Source: Candidatus Rariloculaceae bacterium (lineage in GTDB: Bacteria; Pseudomonadota; Gammaproteobacteria; Steroidobacterales; Rariloculaceae). Taken from it: 64,000 nt of DNA. A program made the position numbers and the translations under genes. The notes beneath the pieces were generated by a model. The model was given only the letters and a program-made list of their open reading frames with translations. It did not search any database and had not been told where the DNA came from. Each line of letters begins with the position of its first letter. Within the stretch, counting starts at the first letter, position 1. Location: NCBI GenBank assembly GCA_965223375.1, contig OZ245000.1, positions 3,163,092 through 3,227,091 of the forward strand, written 5' to 3'. Positions 1 through 9,024 of the stretch are shown piece by piece.

Positions 1-643
1 ACGTAAATTCGCTCGGTTCCTTGAGCCTCGGCATCACCGGTGGCGTTACGTTTGCTGCGGCTGCGGCGACATCGCCGAAAGTTGCCGACAACCCGCCGGG
101 ACCGCTCAGCACGCCCTGCGACACGGAAATCGCCCCCGCGTCGACGTTCCATTTCTCGGCTGCTGCCTGCACCAGCATCGCCCGCGCCGCGGCGCCAGCT
201 TCGCGGTACTGTTCCCACGAGTTCGCGATCGATGTCGAGCCACCGGTGCCCTGCATGCCGAGCGCGAGATTCGCGTAGCGTGCGTTGTCTGCCGGCGCGA
301 ATTCGAAATCGACCTGTGACCACGCGGCGTCCAGCTCGTCGGCGACAATCGTCGAAAGCCCCGTCGTGACGCCCTGGCCCTTGTCGAGGTGCTTGATGAT
401 GACCGTCACGCGATTGTCGGTGCCGACACGCACGAACGGATTCATCTCGGGGGCCGGTGCCGCCGGCATGGCTGACTTGGCCGGCATTTCGGCAGGCGTT
501 ACCTCGCCGATCGCGGCCGGCGCGTCGGTTTCGTTGCTGCAGCCGACTATGAAGCCGGCGCCCGCGAGAGAGCTGACCTTTATGAATGTGCGACGGCTGT
601 GATCCGTCGCGCGGGTAGGCGTATCGATTTTCGAAGTCGTCAT
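1..643 (-). CDS. Molybdopterin hydroxylase large (beta) subunit, IorB/aldehyde-oxidase family; N-terminal part only, gene runs off the left edge
   Basis: Hand translation of the minus strand from ATG (cat at 641-643) gives MTTSKIDTPTRATDHSRRTFIKVSSLAGAGFIVGC..., a Tat-type RR motif. It continues ...RVTVIIKHLDKGQGVTTGLSTIVADELD..., as in IorB-like subunits. It lies 20 nt downstream of its 2Fe-2S partner. It is absent from the ORF track because it has no stop in the window. Confidence 0.8.
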   Translation of the reverse strand, partial: MTTSKIDTPTRATDHSRRTFIKVSSLAGAGFIVGCSNETDAPAAIGEVTPAEMPAKSAMPAAPAPEMNPFVRVGTDNRVTVIIKHLDKGQGVTTGLSTIVADELDAAWSQVDFEFAPADNARYANLALGMQGTGGSTSIANSWEQYREAGAAARAMLVQAAAEKWNVDAGAISVSQGVLSGPGGLSATFGDVAAAAANVTPPVMPRLKEPSEFT

Positions 644-662
644 CAGAACTCCTCGACGCCGC

Positions 663-1124
663 TCAGCCGGCCAGGTTCGCGGCGGCTTCGTGAATCGCCG
701 CGCGAATGCGATGGTAGGTGGCGCAGCGGCAGAGATTGCCCTGCATCGCGGCATCGATGTCCGCGTCGGTTGGTGAGGCGTTTTGCTCGAGCAACGCCGT
801 CGCAGCCATGATCTGGCCGGACTGGCAGTAGCCGCACTGCACGACATCGAGAGTTTGCCAGGCCGTCTGAACCGCCTCGGCCGTCGGGCTTGCGAGACCT
901 TCGATCGTAGTGACTGCCCGCCCCGCAACGGCGCTGACCGGCGTGACGCAGGTGCGAATCGGCTGACCGTCGAGATGCATCGTGCAGGCGCCGCACATCG
1001 CAACGCCGCAGCCGAATTTCGATCCCGTGAGTTTCTGACGTTCGCGCACGAACCAGAGCAACGGCATCGCAGGATCGCCGTCGTGTTCGACCTGCACGCC
1101 GTTGAGCGTAAACGTTACCGCCAT
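663..1124 (-). CDS. (2Fe-2S)-binding small subunit of a molybdenum hydroxylase (IorA/CoxS-like)
   Basis: 153-aa ORF. Cys clusters [19 protein letters not shown] and LCRCATY are typical of this subunit. It lies directly upstream of the IorB-like gene. Confidence 0.9.
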   Translation of the reverse strand: MAVTFTLNGVQVEHDGDPAMPLLWFVRERQKLTGSKFGCGVAMCGACTMHLDGQPIRTCVTPVSAVAGRAVTTIEGLASPTAEAVQTAWQTLDVVQCGYCQSGQIMAATALLEQNASPTDADIDAAMQGNLCRCATYHRIRAAIHEAAANLAG

Positions 1125-1227
1125 GAATCTGACCTCATCCGGTTATCCGCACGGGCGGATGCCCGGTGCTGTCAGTGCGCGGAGTCTATAGCATCGGGGC
1201 TGGGGGTGCAGGTTCGGCCGACAAGAG

Positions 1228-1316
1228 GCGGGTCTGGCGGGTGTGCCCACTTCGCCCATGCGTCCGTCGCACGCTCCAAGTCCTTTGGGCAAAGTGGGCA
1301 CACCCGCCAGACCCGC
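1228..1316. repeat. Perfect 25-bp inverted repeat with a 39-nt loop
   Basis: GCGGGTCTGGCGGGTGTGCCCACTT at 1228-1252 has its exact reverse complement at 1292-1316. The element lies in the gap between the DMT gene end (1523) and the iorA-like start (1124). Confidence 0.9.
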
Positions 1317-1522
1317 ACCTCTTTCTGCTGCCACGAACCTTTCCGCGCCGCGCTTCTCCCGGAGCGGCGGCCGACATGTCTCGCGGTGCTACGGGCCCCT
1401 TTTGCCGGTGTGGCCCGTCGGGCAGTCGGCCCGGGTCGGTCCGGGAGGACTTGGAGCCTGCGACGGACGACCGGACCGACTGCCCGACGAGCGCAGCCTC
1501 CAAAGCAGGCTCCGTTCGCTCG

Positions 1523-2446
1523 CTACGACGCAACAGCCGGCCGGGAGAAACGCCGCCACCCGACATAGCTGAGCCAGGCGAGCGCCAGCACGATCAGCGT
1601 CATGCCGATCGCTTCGGCGGGTGTCGGGATCTCGCCGAGCTGCAGCCAGGCGGCGGCGAGAGCGAATACCGGGGCGCCGAGCGAAGCGAGTCCCGTGACG
1701 CCGGTCGGCAGGTTGTTCAGCGCGTAGAGCCACAGCACCCAGGCGAGTGCGGTCGCAAGAACGACGTTGTAGGCGAGCGCCATCGAGAATGCCGGCGTCC
1801 AGTTGACTGGCTGTGTGTCGAACAGTGCAAGCGCGACGAGACCGGCAGTTCCGGCGAGCGCCTGCCAGGCAGAGACGTTCAGCAGCTCCTCGCCGGTCAG
1901 ATCCATCCGCTTGATTACGATGTTGGCCGCCGCCCAGCACCAGGCGGCGGCGAGCGATAACAGGCTCGCCGTGACCCCGAGCGTACCGCTCCAGGGGCTC
2001 AGGATGCCGATCAGGCCGAGCGCAGCCAGCCCGACGGCGAACCACTGCACGCCGCGCATGTATTCGTTCAGCAGGGGCCCAGCGAGCAGCAAGGTCCAGA
2101 AAGGCATCGTGTAGGCGAGAACGGCGCTCTTCCCGGCCGCGCCGGTTACGAGCGCGAGCGACACCAGGCCGACGAAGCCGGTTGTCTGCAGCACGCCGAG
2201 CGCGATCGTCGAGCCGATACGAGTCGGACGCAGCGGCTTGCGCATCGCGACCAGGACGATGAACAGCGCGACGGTGCTCAGGCCCGAGCGGAGCGCCGCG
2301 AACGTCAGTGCGGGCGCGTCGGCTAGTGCGATCTTGATCACGACCCAGTTGTAGCCCCAGATCGCAGTCAGGAAAGCCAGTGCCAGCGCCGGCCCAAGGG
2401 CCGATTTCGACGGGGTGAGGGCCATCAGGGGGCGGGAGCGTAGCAT
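1523..2446 (-). CDS. DMT superfamily (EamA-like) transporter
   Basis: The C-terminal ~300 aa of the 461-aa track ORF are multi-TM and EamA-like (FLTAIWGYNWVVIK..., two similar halves). The first ~150 aa are Arg-rich GC artefact, so I start at the internal ATG at 2446 (alternative 2425). Confidence 0.8.
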   Translation of the reverse strand: MLRSRPLMALTPSKSALGPALALAFLTAIWGYNWVVIKIALADAPALTFAALRSGLSTVALFIVLVAMRKPLRPTRIGSTIALGVLQTTGFVGLVSLALVTGAAGKSAVLAYTMPFWTLLLAGPLLNEYMRGVQWFAVGLAALGLIGILSPWSGTLGVTASLLSLAAAWCWAAANIVIKRMDLTGEELLNVSAWQALAGTAGLVALALFDTQPVNWTPAFSMALAYNVVLATALAWVLWLYALNNLPTGVTGLASLGAPVFALAAAWLQLGEIPTPAEAIGMTLIVLALAWLSYVGWRRFSRPAVAS

Positions 2447-2475
2447 GCGCCTGCGGCAGGATCCTGCCAGGCCAA

Positions 2476-2556
2476 TCGCGTCCCGGCCGATCGCGTCCCG
2501 GCCGATCTCGCGTCCGGGTCTCGCGTCGAGGTTTCGCGTCCGCGCCTCGCGTCCGG
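2476..2556. repeat. Six phased copies of TCGCGTC (13-17 nt spacing) in a divergent intergenic region
   Basis: TCGCGTC starts at 2476, 2491, 2508, 2521, 2534 and 2547. The first two units are a longer duplicate (ATCGCGTCCCGGCCG twice). Confidence 0.7.
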
Positions 2557-2708
2557 ATCGGTCGTAGCCGTGCTGATTCTGGTTCCGCCGGCCGTAGCGC
2601 TGGTCCGCCCCGTGCCGCGCAGCTCCCGCTGCTATAGTTCGCGCCACGGCCACCGCCACCGCGAGCCACGGCGACAGCCGAACACAACATCGAACAGGGG
2701 AGTCACCA

Positions 2709-3188
2709 ATGAAAGCTCTGACCGGAATTCTTGCCCTGATGCTGCTTGGCAGCATCGCGAACGCTGCCGAGCCCGTCGTCGCTGCTTCGCCCGAGGAACA
2801 GCGAGCGATGCTCGAGAGCGACGATCCGCAGCTCGCGGCCAACAAACGTCTCGTCTGGGATATGTGGCGGGAGTTTCTGCAGGCGGGCGATATCGAGGCC
2901 GCCGACAAGTACCTAGCACCGGAGTATCACCAGCACAACCCGAATGCCGAGACCGGGCTCGAAGGCGTGAAGGCCTACTTCCGGGCCGCCGGGATGGAGA
3001 AGGAGCCGGTCAAGGACTATATCGAGCGGCTCATCTCGATTACGGCCGAGGGAGATCTGGTCACGCTTGCGCTGGTTCGTGCAGAAACGAACAGCGCCGG
3101 TGAGGACTACACGACGACCTGGTTCGACATGTTCCGTGTCCGCGACGGCATGATCGTCGAGCATTGGGACACGGCAATGATGCCCTGA
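2709..3188 (+). CDS. Secreted NTF2/SnoaL-like protein
   Basis: 159 aa. RBS aggggag lies 8 nt upstream. The signal peptide is MKALTGILALMLLGSIANA. The SnoaL-like core reads ...YLAPEYHQHNPNAETGLEGVKAYF...DGMIVEHWD. Confidence 0.8.
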   Translation: MKALTGILALMLLGSIANAAEPVVAASPEEQRAMLESDDPQLAANKRLVWDMWREFLQAGDIEAADKYLAPEYHQHNPNAETGLEGVKAYFRAAGMEKEPVKDYIERLISITAEGDLVTLALVRAETNSAGEDYTTTWFDMFRVRDGMIVEHWDTAMMP

Positions 3189-3210
3189 TCGGCAGCGTCT
3201 CGGCCGGCAG

Positions 3211-3236
3211 CGCCCTCACCCGTAGTGGCGAGGGCG
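3211..3236. terminator. Possible bidirectional hairpin between convergent genes
   Basis: CGCCCTC (3211-3217) pairs with GAGGGCG (3230-3236) around a 12-nt loop, between stop codons at 3188 and 3264. There is no clear U tract. Confidence 0.3.
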
Positions 3237-3263
3237 TTGCTCAAACTGAGATAGGCGATGGCC

Positions 3264-4517
3264 TCAGTCGCCGCCGCGAAATACGACACCCGTCTGCACG
3301 GCGATCTTGCCGTCGCGAACGATGAATGTGTCGGAGCCCGTCAGATCGTCCATCGTCCAGACGACATAGCCGACATTGCCGGAGAAACTGCGCGTCGTGT
3401 AGTTGAGGTCGAGCGGGGTGCGCGCGTAGAGGTCGTCGAATACCTGCTGCACTGCGTCGAGGCCGACCGACGGCACGTCCCCAAATATCACGACGGCATC
3501 CTGCGCGTAGTCACGTGGCACGACGCTCGCGTCGCCGGCCTCGCTGGCGGCGAGATGGCGCATGACGACGCGCTCGGTGTCGACAGTCTGAATCGCGTCT
3601 ACGCTCAGCATCTTCGACTCGGTGTCCCAGGTGTCGTTGGTGCAAAGGGCGCAATGAGGGCCGACGAACTGCCGTGCAGCTTCGCGGTCGGTTTTCAATA
3701 CGAAACGGAGCCAGTTCGCCGCGACGTTCGCGAACTCGCCGCCGCCGGGATGAAACACGGTGGCCGAATGGCCGGCGTTGTGGCGTGCGCCATAGAACAC
3801 CGGGACGTGATCGATTGCGGCAAACGTATCCTGCGATTCGTCCATCATGAAGTCGATCTCGTGGCCATTGATGAGCAGGACCGGGCCATGGAGCGCTGAG
3901 AGCGAGTCCGGAGAAGGGGCTGTCGGCGATCGATCGTCCCGATCCGCGGCCTGCACGCCGGAGTTGAAGACACCGATCGTATCGACGCGCGGGTCGCTGC
4001 CGAGCTCGATCGACATGAATCCGCCGCAGGATGTGCCCATCACGGCGATGCGGTCCGTCGAAATCTTCCCGGCCAGCGGCGAGCCGTCGCGCTCGTTCTC
4101 CGCGATGACCCAGTCGAGGCCGGCCCGCAGATCGTCGACATTTGCGCGGCGCGCGTCCTCGCCTTCGATGACGGCCGTTGCCATCGCGACGAAGCCGTGC
4201 GATGCAACCGTCGTCAGGAAGCCGCGGTAATTGGTGCTGTTCATCGCGCAGCCGCCGTTACCCCAGATGAGCACCGGCAGAGAGTCTTCGGTCGGGAAGG
4301 CGCGGAGGTCCTCGGGTCTGTAGACCACGTGTCGCGGCGAGCCGAAAGCGGCTTCGGCGAGCACGTCGTAGCGGCCATGCAAGGCGCGCGGCGCACCCTC
4401 GAGCGGCAGCGACGTGCGAATCATTTCCATCGTGATGCCCGGAGCCTGAGCATGGGCGGCGCCGGCAACGACAATGGCGAGAAGCGTGAAACCGCAGCGA
4501 AAAGTGGCCTTGTGCAT
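3264..4517 (-). CDS. Secreted alpha/beta hydrolase (dienelactone-hydrolase/cutinase-like) fused to a C-terminal NTF2/SnoaL-like domain
   Basis: Start moved to MHKATFRCGFTLLAIVVAGAAHAQA (signal peptide). The hydrolase core reads PVLIWGNGGCA...SHGFVAMA...IAVMGTSCGG (GxSxG). The last ~120 aa (...VVMRHLAASEAGD...FIVRDGKIAVQTG) look NTF2-like. Confidence 0.8.
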   Translation of the reverse strand: MHKATFRCGFTLLAIVVAGAAHAQAPGITMEMIRTSLPLEGAPRALHGRYDVLAEAAFGSPRHVVYRPEDLRAFPTEDSLPVLIWGNGGCAMNSTNYRGFLTTVASHGFVAMATAVIEGEDARRANVDDLRAGLDWVIAENERDGSPLAGKISTDRIAVMGTSCGGFMSIELGSDPRVDTIGVFNSGVQAADRDDRSPTAPSPDSLSALHGPVLLINGHEIDFMMDESQDTFAAIDHVPVFYGARHNAGHSATVFHPGGGEFANVAANWLRFVLKTDREAARQFVGPHCALCTNDTWDTESKMLSVDAIQTVDTERVVMRHLAASEAGDASVVPRDYAQDAVVIFGDVPSVGLDAVQQVFDDLYARTPLDLNYTTRSFSGNVGYVVWTMDDLTGSDTFIVRDGKIAVQTGVVFRGGD

Positions 4518-4657
4518 CGCATGAATCCCCCGGAAGTTCCGCCGCCATCGTCGCGCGGATCGGGCGTGCACACAACCTGCCTGCGGGCGTTTCCGCGAGC
4601 ACCGCCAACGAGTTCTTCAGGCGCGGCGCGCCGACAGCGGGTCTTTTCGATCCGGGG

Positions 4658-6328
4658 CTAGTCGGCTTCGCGAAAGACAACCTCGCCGCCAACCATCGTC
4701 ATCGTCGGTCTGATGTCTTTGATCTCCGCGGCCGGCACGCGCAGATAGTCGCGATCGAGCACGACCAGGTCCGCCTGTTTGCCGACCTCGAGTGAGCCGA
4801 GATTGTCTTCCTGGAAGAACAGCCACGCATTCGAGCGCGTATGCGCGATCAACGCTTCCTCGCGAGTCAGCGTTTCATCGAGAACGCGATTGCCGGCGAG
4901 ATCGAGGCCGCTGGCAGCCCAGCCGAGCGTCACGAACGGCTGATAGTGAGATACGATCGTTGCATCCGTGCCGAGGCCGAAAACGATGCCGCTGTCCGCG
5001 ATCGTGCGCAGCGGCATCCGCACGCCGCCGTGCATTGCGACGCCATGAACGGCCAGCGTCATGCCGAGTGCTTTGGCGCGCTCGATGTTGTCGGCCGAGA
5101 TGTCGTAAATGTGCGCGAGTGTCCAGCGGAGACTTTCGATCGGAACGCCCTCGTTCAATGACTCGAAGCTGTCGAGCAGGTCTGTCACGCTCGAGTTCAT
5201 CATCGTATGCTCGTGGATGTGCCAGCCGGCACGCGCGGCCGTTGCCGCGAGCTTGAGGTATTCGTTCATGATCTCGTCCGGCCAGGGCCCGGCCCGGTTC
5301 GGCAGATCGAAAAACGGCAGGTAGACGTGCTCGCCGAGACCAAAGACGCCGAAATTTCCGTCGAACTGATTCGGTGGCGTGCGCTCGATCATTCTTACGG
5401 CAGCATCGGCGGAGCCCGGGTCGGTCGCCTCGAACATCAGTGTTTCCCAGATACGCAGCGGCAGCTTGCTTGCCGCGGCTCGGGCGAACAGCAGCTCCGT
5501 TTCCCCTTCCGGGCCGCGGCCGAGGCTGTAGAGGCCGGTCAGGCCGGCGGCATTCAGCGTGAGCATGAAGTCGTCGAGATTTTGCGCGAGCTGATCGGGC
5601 GAGGTAGCAGGTATCGCCTGGATGAAAGCGCCGTATGGCGGCTGGAACGTCGCCAGTCCGGCTGCCGGGCGCTCTGCGCCGTCCGCCGGATCGAGCCCGA
5701 CCGCATCGAGCGCGAGGCTGTTCGCGTAGACGACGCTATAGCCTTGCTGCACGAAGAGCGGATTGTCGGGAGAGACTGCATCGAGTTCGGCCAGCGTGAA
5801 GCCGCCGGGGGCATCGGCGAATTGGCCCTGCGACCAGCCGCCCTGAACCATGACCCATTCACCGGTTGGCATCGCGGCGGCTTTGGCAGCGAGGATGTCG
5901 AGCGCCTCAGCACGCGAGCTGATTCCGTCGAGTCGTGCCTGCCGGTGCCAGCGCTGCACGGCACGGGTGAAGTGGAAGTGATTGTCGATCAGGCCAGGGA
6001 TGACGGTACGCCCGGCCAGGTCGATGACGTTCGTGTCGGGGCCGGCCAGTGCGGCGACGGTAGCGGTGGCGCCACGCTCGACAATCCGGCCGTCCGCTAC
6101 CGCCAGGGCTTCGACGATCGTGAAATCCTCGTCGACCGTCAGGATTCGGCCGTTTGTCAGGATCGTATCGGGCGTCTGGGCGGCTGCGGTCGCTGCGCTC
6201 AGTGCTGCTGCCAGGGGCAACAGGGCGCGAAGCCTGCGGCATCGGGGGAGCCGGAATAGCCGCGCGAGGCGCGAGAGTTGCGGGAGCCGGGTGTTCCGCC
6301 GACGCCGACGATCCTGCCGATGGTTCAT
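4658..6328 (-). CDS. Amidohydrolase family protein (YtcJ-like metal-dependent hydrolase), exported
   Basis: 556 aa. It has IPGLIDNHFHF (HxH metal motif), ...WHIHEHT... and GTDATIV. The leader is long, Arg-rich and ends AATAAAQ. The exact start is uncertain. Confidence 0.85.
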   Translation of the reverse strand: MNHRQDRRRRRNTRLPQLSRLARLFRLPRCRRLRALLPLAAALSAATAAAQTPDTILTNGRILTVDEDFTIVEALAVADGRIVERGATATVAALAGPDTNVIDLAGRTVIPGLIDNHFHFTRAVQRWHRQARLDGISSRAEALDILAAKAAAMPTGEWVMVQGGWSQGQFADAPGGFTLAELDAVSPDNPLFVQQGYSVVYANSLALDAVGLDPADGAERPAAGLATFQPPYGAFIQAIPATSPDQLAQNLDDFMLTLNAAGLTGLYSLGRGPEGETELLFARAAASKLPLRIWETLMFEATDPGSADAAVRMIERTPPNQFDGNFGVFGLGEHVYLPFFDLPNRAGPWPDEIMNEYLKLAATAARAGWHIHEHTMMNSSVTDLLDSFESLNEGVPIESLRWTLAHIYDISADNIERAKALGMTLAVHGVAMHGGVRMPLRTIADSGIVFGLGTDATIVSHYQPFVTLGWAASGLDLAGNRVLDETLTREEALIAHTRSNAWLFFQEDNLGSLEVGKQADLVVLDRDYLRVPAAEIKDIRPTMTMVGGEVVFREAD

Positions 6329-6395
6329 GCGCTGGGTCCGGTCGTGATCAGACCTTCGATTCTAGTCCTACCGGCCGGCGAGTGTGCATCGGCCG

Positions 6396-6656
6396 TTAGC
6401 TGCTGCTGTCGCCCTCGTTGCCGCCGGTCGCATCGTCCTCGGCTCGACCCGGATAGCTGAACACGGCTTCGAGCGGCTCGCCGAAAACACACGCGATTCG
6501 AAACGCAACCTCGAGCGATGGCGAGTACTTGCCGAGCTCGATGGCATTGACTGTCTGCCGCGTAACACCTACACGCTCCGCAAGGTCCTGTTGGGTCATC
6601 TCGTCATGCTCGAAACGCAGCTTGCGAATGCGGTTTTCGATACGGGTCTTACCCAT
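6396..6656 (-). CDS. XRE-family HTH transcriptional regulator (YozG-like small regulator)
   Basis: The internal start [55 protein letters not shown] is a classic HTH_3/HTH_26 sequence. The upstream 54 aa of the track ORF are artefact. Confidence 0.85.
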   Translation of the reverse strand: MGKTRIENRIRKLRFEHDEMTQQDLAERVGVTRQTVNAIELGKYSPSLEVAFRIACVFGEPLEAVFSYPGRAEDDATGGNEGDSSS

Positions 6657-6658
6657 TG

Positions 6659-7084
6659 TCAGAATCCACGCCGGTAGTAGTGGATGCGCATTGCCTGGTT
6701 GACGATCTCGGCGATTACGAAAGCGAGCAGTGTGACGAAACCGATGCCGACCTCGTTGGCGCCGGCGTGGAGCGTCACGAATATGCCGCCGAGACTCAGG
6801 ATGGCAAAGACGTACCACGCGACGGCGCGGCTCTTGAGTTCGATCAGCCGCTCGCGCTCGTCCTTCGGTGTTCTGGCATCGCGGGGCGAGCGAATCCTGA
6901 AGACGATGTGCGTAACGATCTGAATCGTGATGAACGTCGTGATCATCAGCATCAGCACGTGCAGCACCCAGATATCAGGTGCCGGCCGGAGCATCTCGGT
7001 CGGGGCGATGTGCAGCCAGAACAGAACGAGCACGAAGATCAGCGTGATCAGCGTGGCCCAGGCGCGTTTTTCTCGAAAAGACAT
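6659..7084 (-). CDS. Small 4-TM membrane protein paired with the XRE regulator (DUF2178/DUF2975-like arrangement)
   Basis: Trimmed to [26 protein letters not shown].... It has four hydrophobic segments. Its stop lies 2 nt from the regulator start. Confidence 0.7.
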   Translation of the reverse strand: MSFREKRAWATLITLIFVLVLFWLHIAPTEMLRPAPDIWVLHVLMLMITTFITIQIVTHIVFRIRSPRDARTPKDERERLIELKSRAVAWYVFAILSLGGIFVTLHAGANEVGIGFVTLLAFVIAEIVNQAMRIHYYRRGF

Positions 7085-7252
7085 CGTGGTCAGGCCTCTG
7101 AGCGGTTCGGTACAGGCGACGATCGGGTGTCGCTGAGTCTGCAATACCAGACGCACAGTAAAGTGAAATAGACGTGATGTCAAAAATAATTGACTTTTCG
7201 GATCGAGACGCCGAAAATCGAGTGACAGACAACAACGGGAACGGTGGGTGTC

Positions 7253-8344
7253 ATGAAGAAACGCAGCAAGCTGATTCTGCTGTCGGTTACCGCGCTCGTC
7301 GCGCTCGCGGCCGGCGCCGTCGTGCTGCACATGCCGGCGACCGGTCGTTTCGCCGCGCACCTGCATGGCGTGCAGCCGCACGGGCCGGCAGCCGTTCTGG
7401 TTGGCGGCTCGGAGGCGGAATCCGGCGCGCTGGTCGCGGCACTGAACGGTATCGCGGCGTTTCGCAATCGGTGGGACGAAGCCGCGTACGCCGAGACCAT
7501 CGCGCTCTACACGGAAGTGCACCGCGTCATCGAATGGCCGGGGCTGTTACCGGGCGAGACGTTTCGGTATGGGCCCGACGAACTTCAGACGCTCGAGCTC
7601 TTCCGGCCGGCGCAGGGGTTTCGCGAGCCCGGTCCCGTGTTTGTCTTCATGCACGGCAACGGCCTCGGTACGGACGATCGCGTCGTGCCCGGCAGCGAGG
7701 GTCTGATCTACGATCACATCGGCAAGCTCGGTGCGACCGCCGGTGGACTCGGCGTGACGATGAGCTATCGGCAGCAGTCAGACGGTCGGCCGGATGCGCC
7801 TCGAGCCGTCGGCGCGGGCGATGCCGGCGGCGCGGGCGATGCAGGCGGCACGGGCAAGGCCGGCGGCACTGCACTCGAACCGGGAGCGGAGGACCTGCGA
7901 CTCGTGCTCGAATGGATCGTTGCGAACATCGGCAGGTATGGCGGCGATCCCGATACGATCGTGCTGATAGCGAACTCGGAAGGGGCTGCTGCCGCCGCGG
8001 CGTATCTGTTCAATTCGAACCGGCAGGTGGCCACCGGCCCGGGTATCGCGGCCGCCGTGTTGAGTTCCGGGCCTTCCGGCGATGCGCTTTTGTCGGTGCA
8101 GGCAGCGCTCGATACCTATGAGGGTGAACCGGTGCCGCTGGCGCTCTGGAGCGGTGAGCTGGATGAAGTCGCCGTCCCCGAGTCGGTCGATGCACTGCAT
8201 GAACGGCTGTGCGCGAAGTACGGCGAGTGTCCGATGCGAGAGCACTTCGCGGGCCACAACCACATCTCGCCCGTGCTGAGCCTCGGCACCAGCGACACGG
8301 AGGCGATGAACGCGTTCATCCGCTTCTATCACACGGTGCGCTAG
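7253..8344 (+). CDS. Alpha/beta hydrolase (esterase/lipase-like) with N-terminal membrane anchor or signal
   Basis: MKKRSKLILLSVTALVALAAGA at the N terminus. Core motifs are PVFVFMHGNGLG and GGDPDTIVLIANSEGAAA (variant nucleophile elbow). It contains an in-frame GAGDAG-type repeat. Confidence 0.75.
   Translation: MKKRSKLILLSVTALVALAAGAVVLHMPATGRFAAHLHGVQPHGPAAVLVGGSEAESGALVAALNGIAAFRNRWDEAAYAETIALYTEVHRVIEWPGLLPGETFRYGPDELQTLELFRPAQGFREPGPVFVFMHGNGLGTDDRVVPGSEGLIYDHIGKLGATAGGLGVTMSYRQQSDGRPDAPRAVGAGDAGGAGDAGGTGKAGGTALEPGAEDLRLVLEWIVANIGRYGGDPDTIVLIANSEGAAAAAAYLFNSNRQVATGPGIAAAVLSSGPSGDALLSVQAALDTYEGEPVPLALWSGELDEVAVPESVDALHERLCAKYGECPMREHFAGHNHISPVLSLGTSDTEAMNAFIRFYHTVR
7811..7864 (+). repeat. 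3 x 18-nt in-frame tandem repeat (GAGDAG GAGDAG GTGKAG)
   Basis: ggcgcgggcgatgccggc / ggcgcgggcgatgcaggc / ggcacgggcaaggccggc, read directly from the sequence. Confidence 0.85.
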
Positions 8345-8448
8345 TCTGCATCCGTCATTGATTCGCGGACAAGGCCGGTTATGCGGGCACGCTCCTGGTC
8401 GGCGCCCGAGAGTCGCGCCCGCGGTTGCCTGTCAGGCGGTGGCGCAGC

Positions 8449-8907
8449 TCAGACGGTGCTGCCGTTCGCCCACGCCAGCATGTCCCAGTCCTGCTCGACG
8501 TGAATGAACAGATTCGTCACCGGGGACATCACGCGCGTGACGTGGCCTTTGCCGGTCAGATCCTCGAGGTAGACGAGGTCGCCCTGTCCGATCCGGTGCC
8601 TCGAACCGTCTGAGATCTCGACCTCGAGCTCGCCGGTCATGTTGATGGCGAACTGTTTCCGGGGTGCCGGATGCCACTCGGCGTCGTTCGAGACGTTGCG
8701 CGCATACGCACGAGCCGTCATCGCCGTGACCGGAATCTCGCCGGCGTCGTTCGAAATCCGGACGACGTCAAAATGGGATTCGCCGTCCGGCGTCGCGTAG
8801 ATATGAAAGAGTTGCGCCTGCAGCTTCTGCGCGTTCTGGGCCTGCGATTCGGCGGCACCGAGCACGGTGGCGACACCGGCCAGCGCCAGCAGTTCTCGTC
8901 GGTCCAT
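8449..8907 (-). CDS. Exported cupin-domain protein
   Basis: 152 aa. The Tat/Sec-like leader is MDRRELLALAGVATVLGAAESQAQ. The small beta-barrel-like remainder includes ...GELEVEISDGSRHRIGQGDLVYLEDLTGKGH. Confidence 0.6.
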   Translation of the reverse strand: MDRRELLALAGVATVLGAAESQAQNAQKLQAQLFHIYATPDGESHFDVVRISNDAGEIPVTAMTARAYARNVSNDAEWHPAPRKQFAINMTGELEVEISDGSRHRIGQGDLVYLEDLTGKGHVTRVMSPVTNLFIHVEQDWDMLAWANGSTV

Positions 8908-9024
8908 TGGTCTCTCCCCCTTCGGATGTTTTGCTATAGCCGAGCGGGTTGCCCGCCTCGACCGATAAAAAGTTTCCGCGGAATCGCTCGTGTCCGCGGA
9001 ATCGCCAGTCGAACCGCCGACCGC

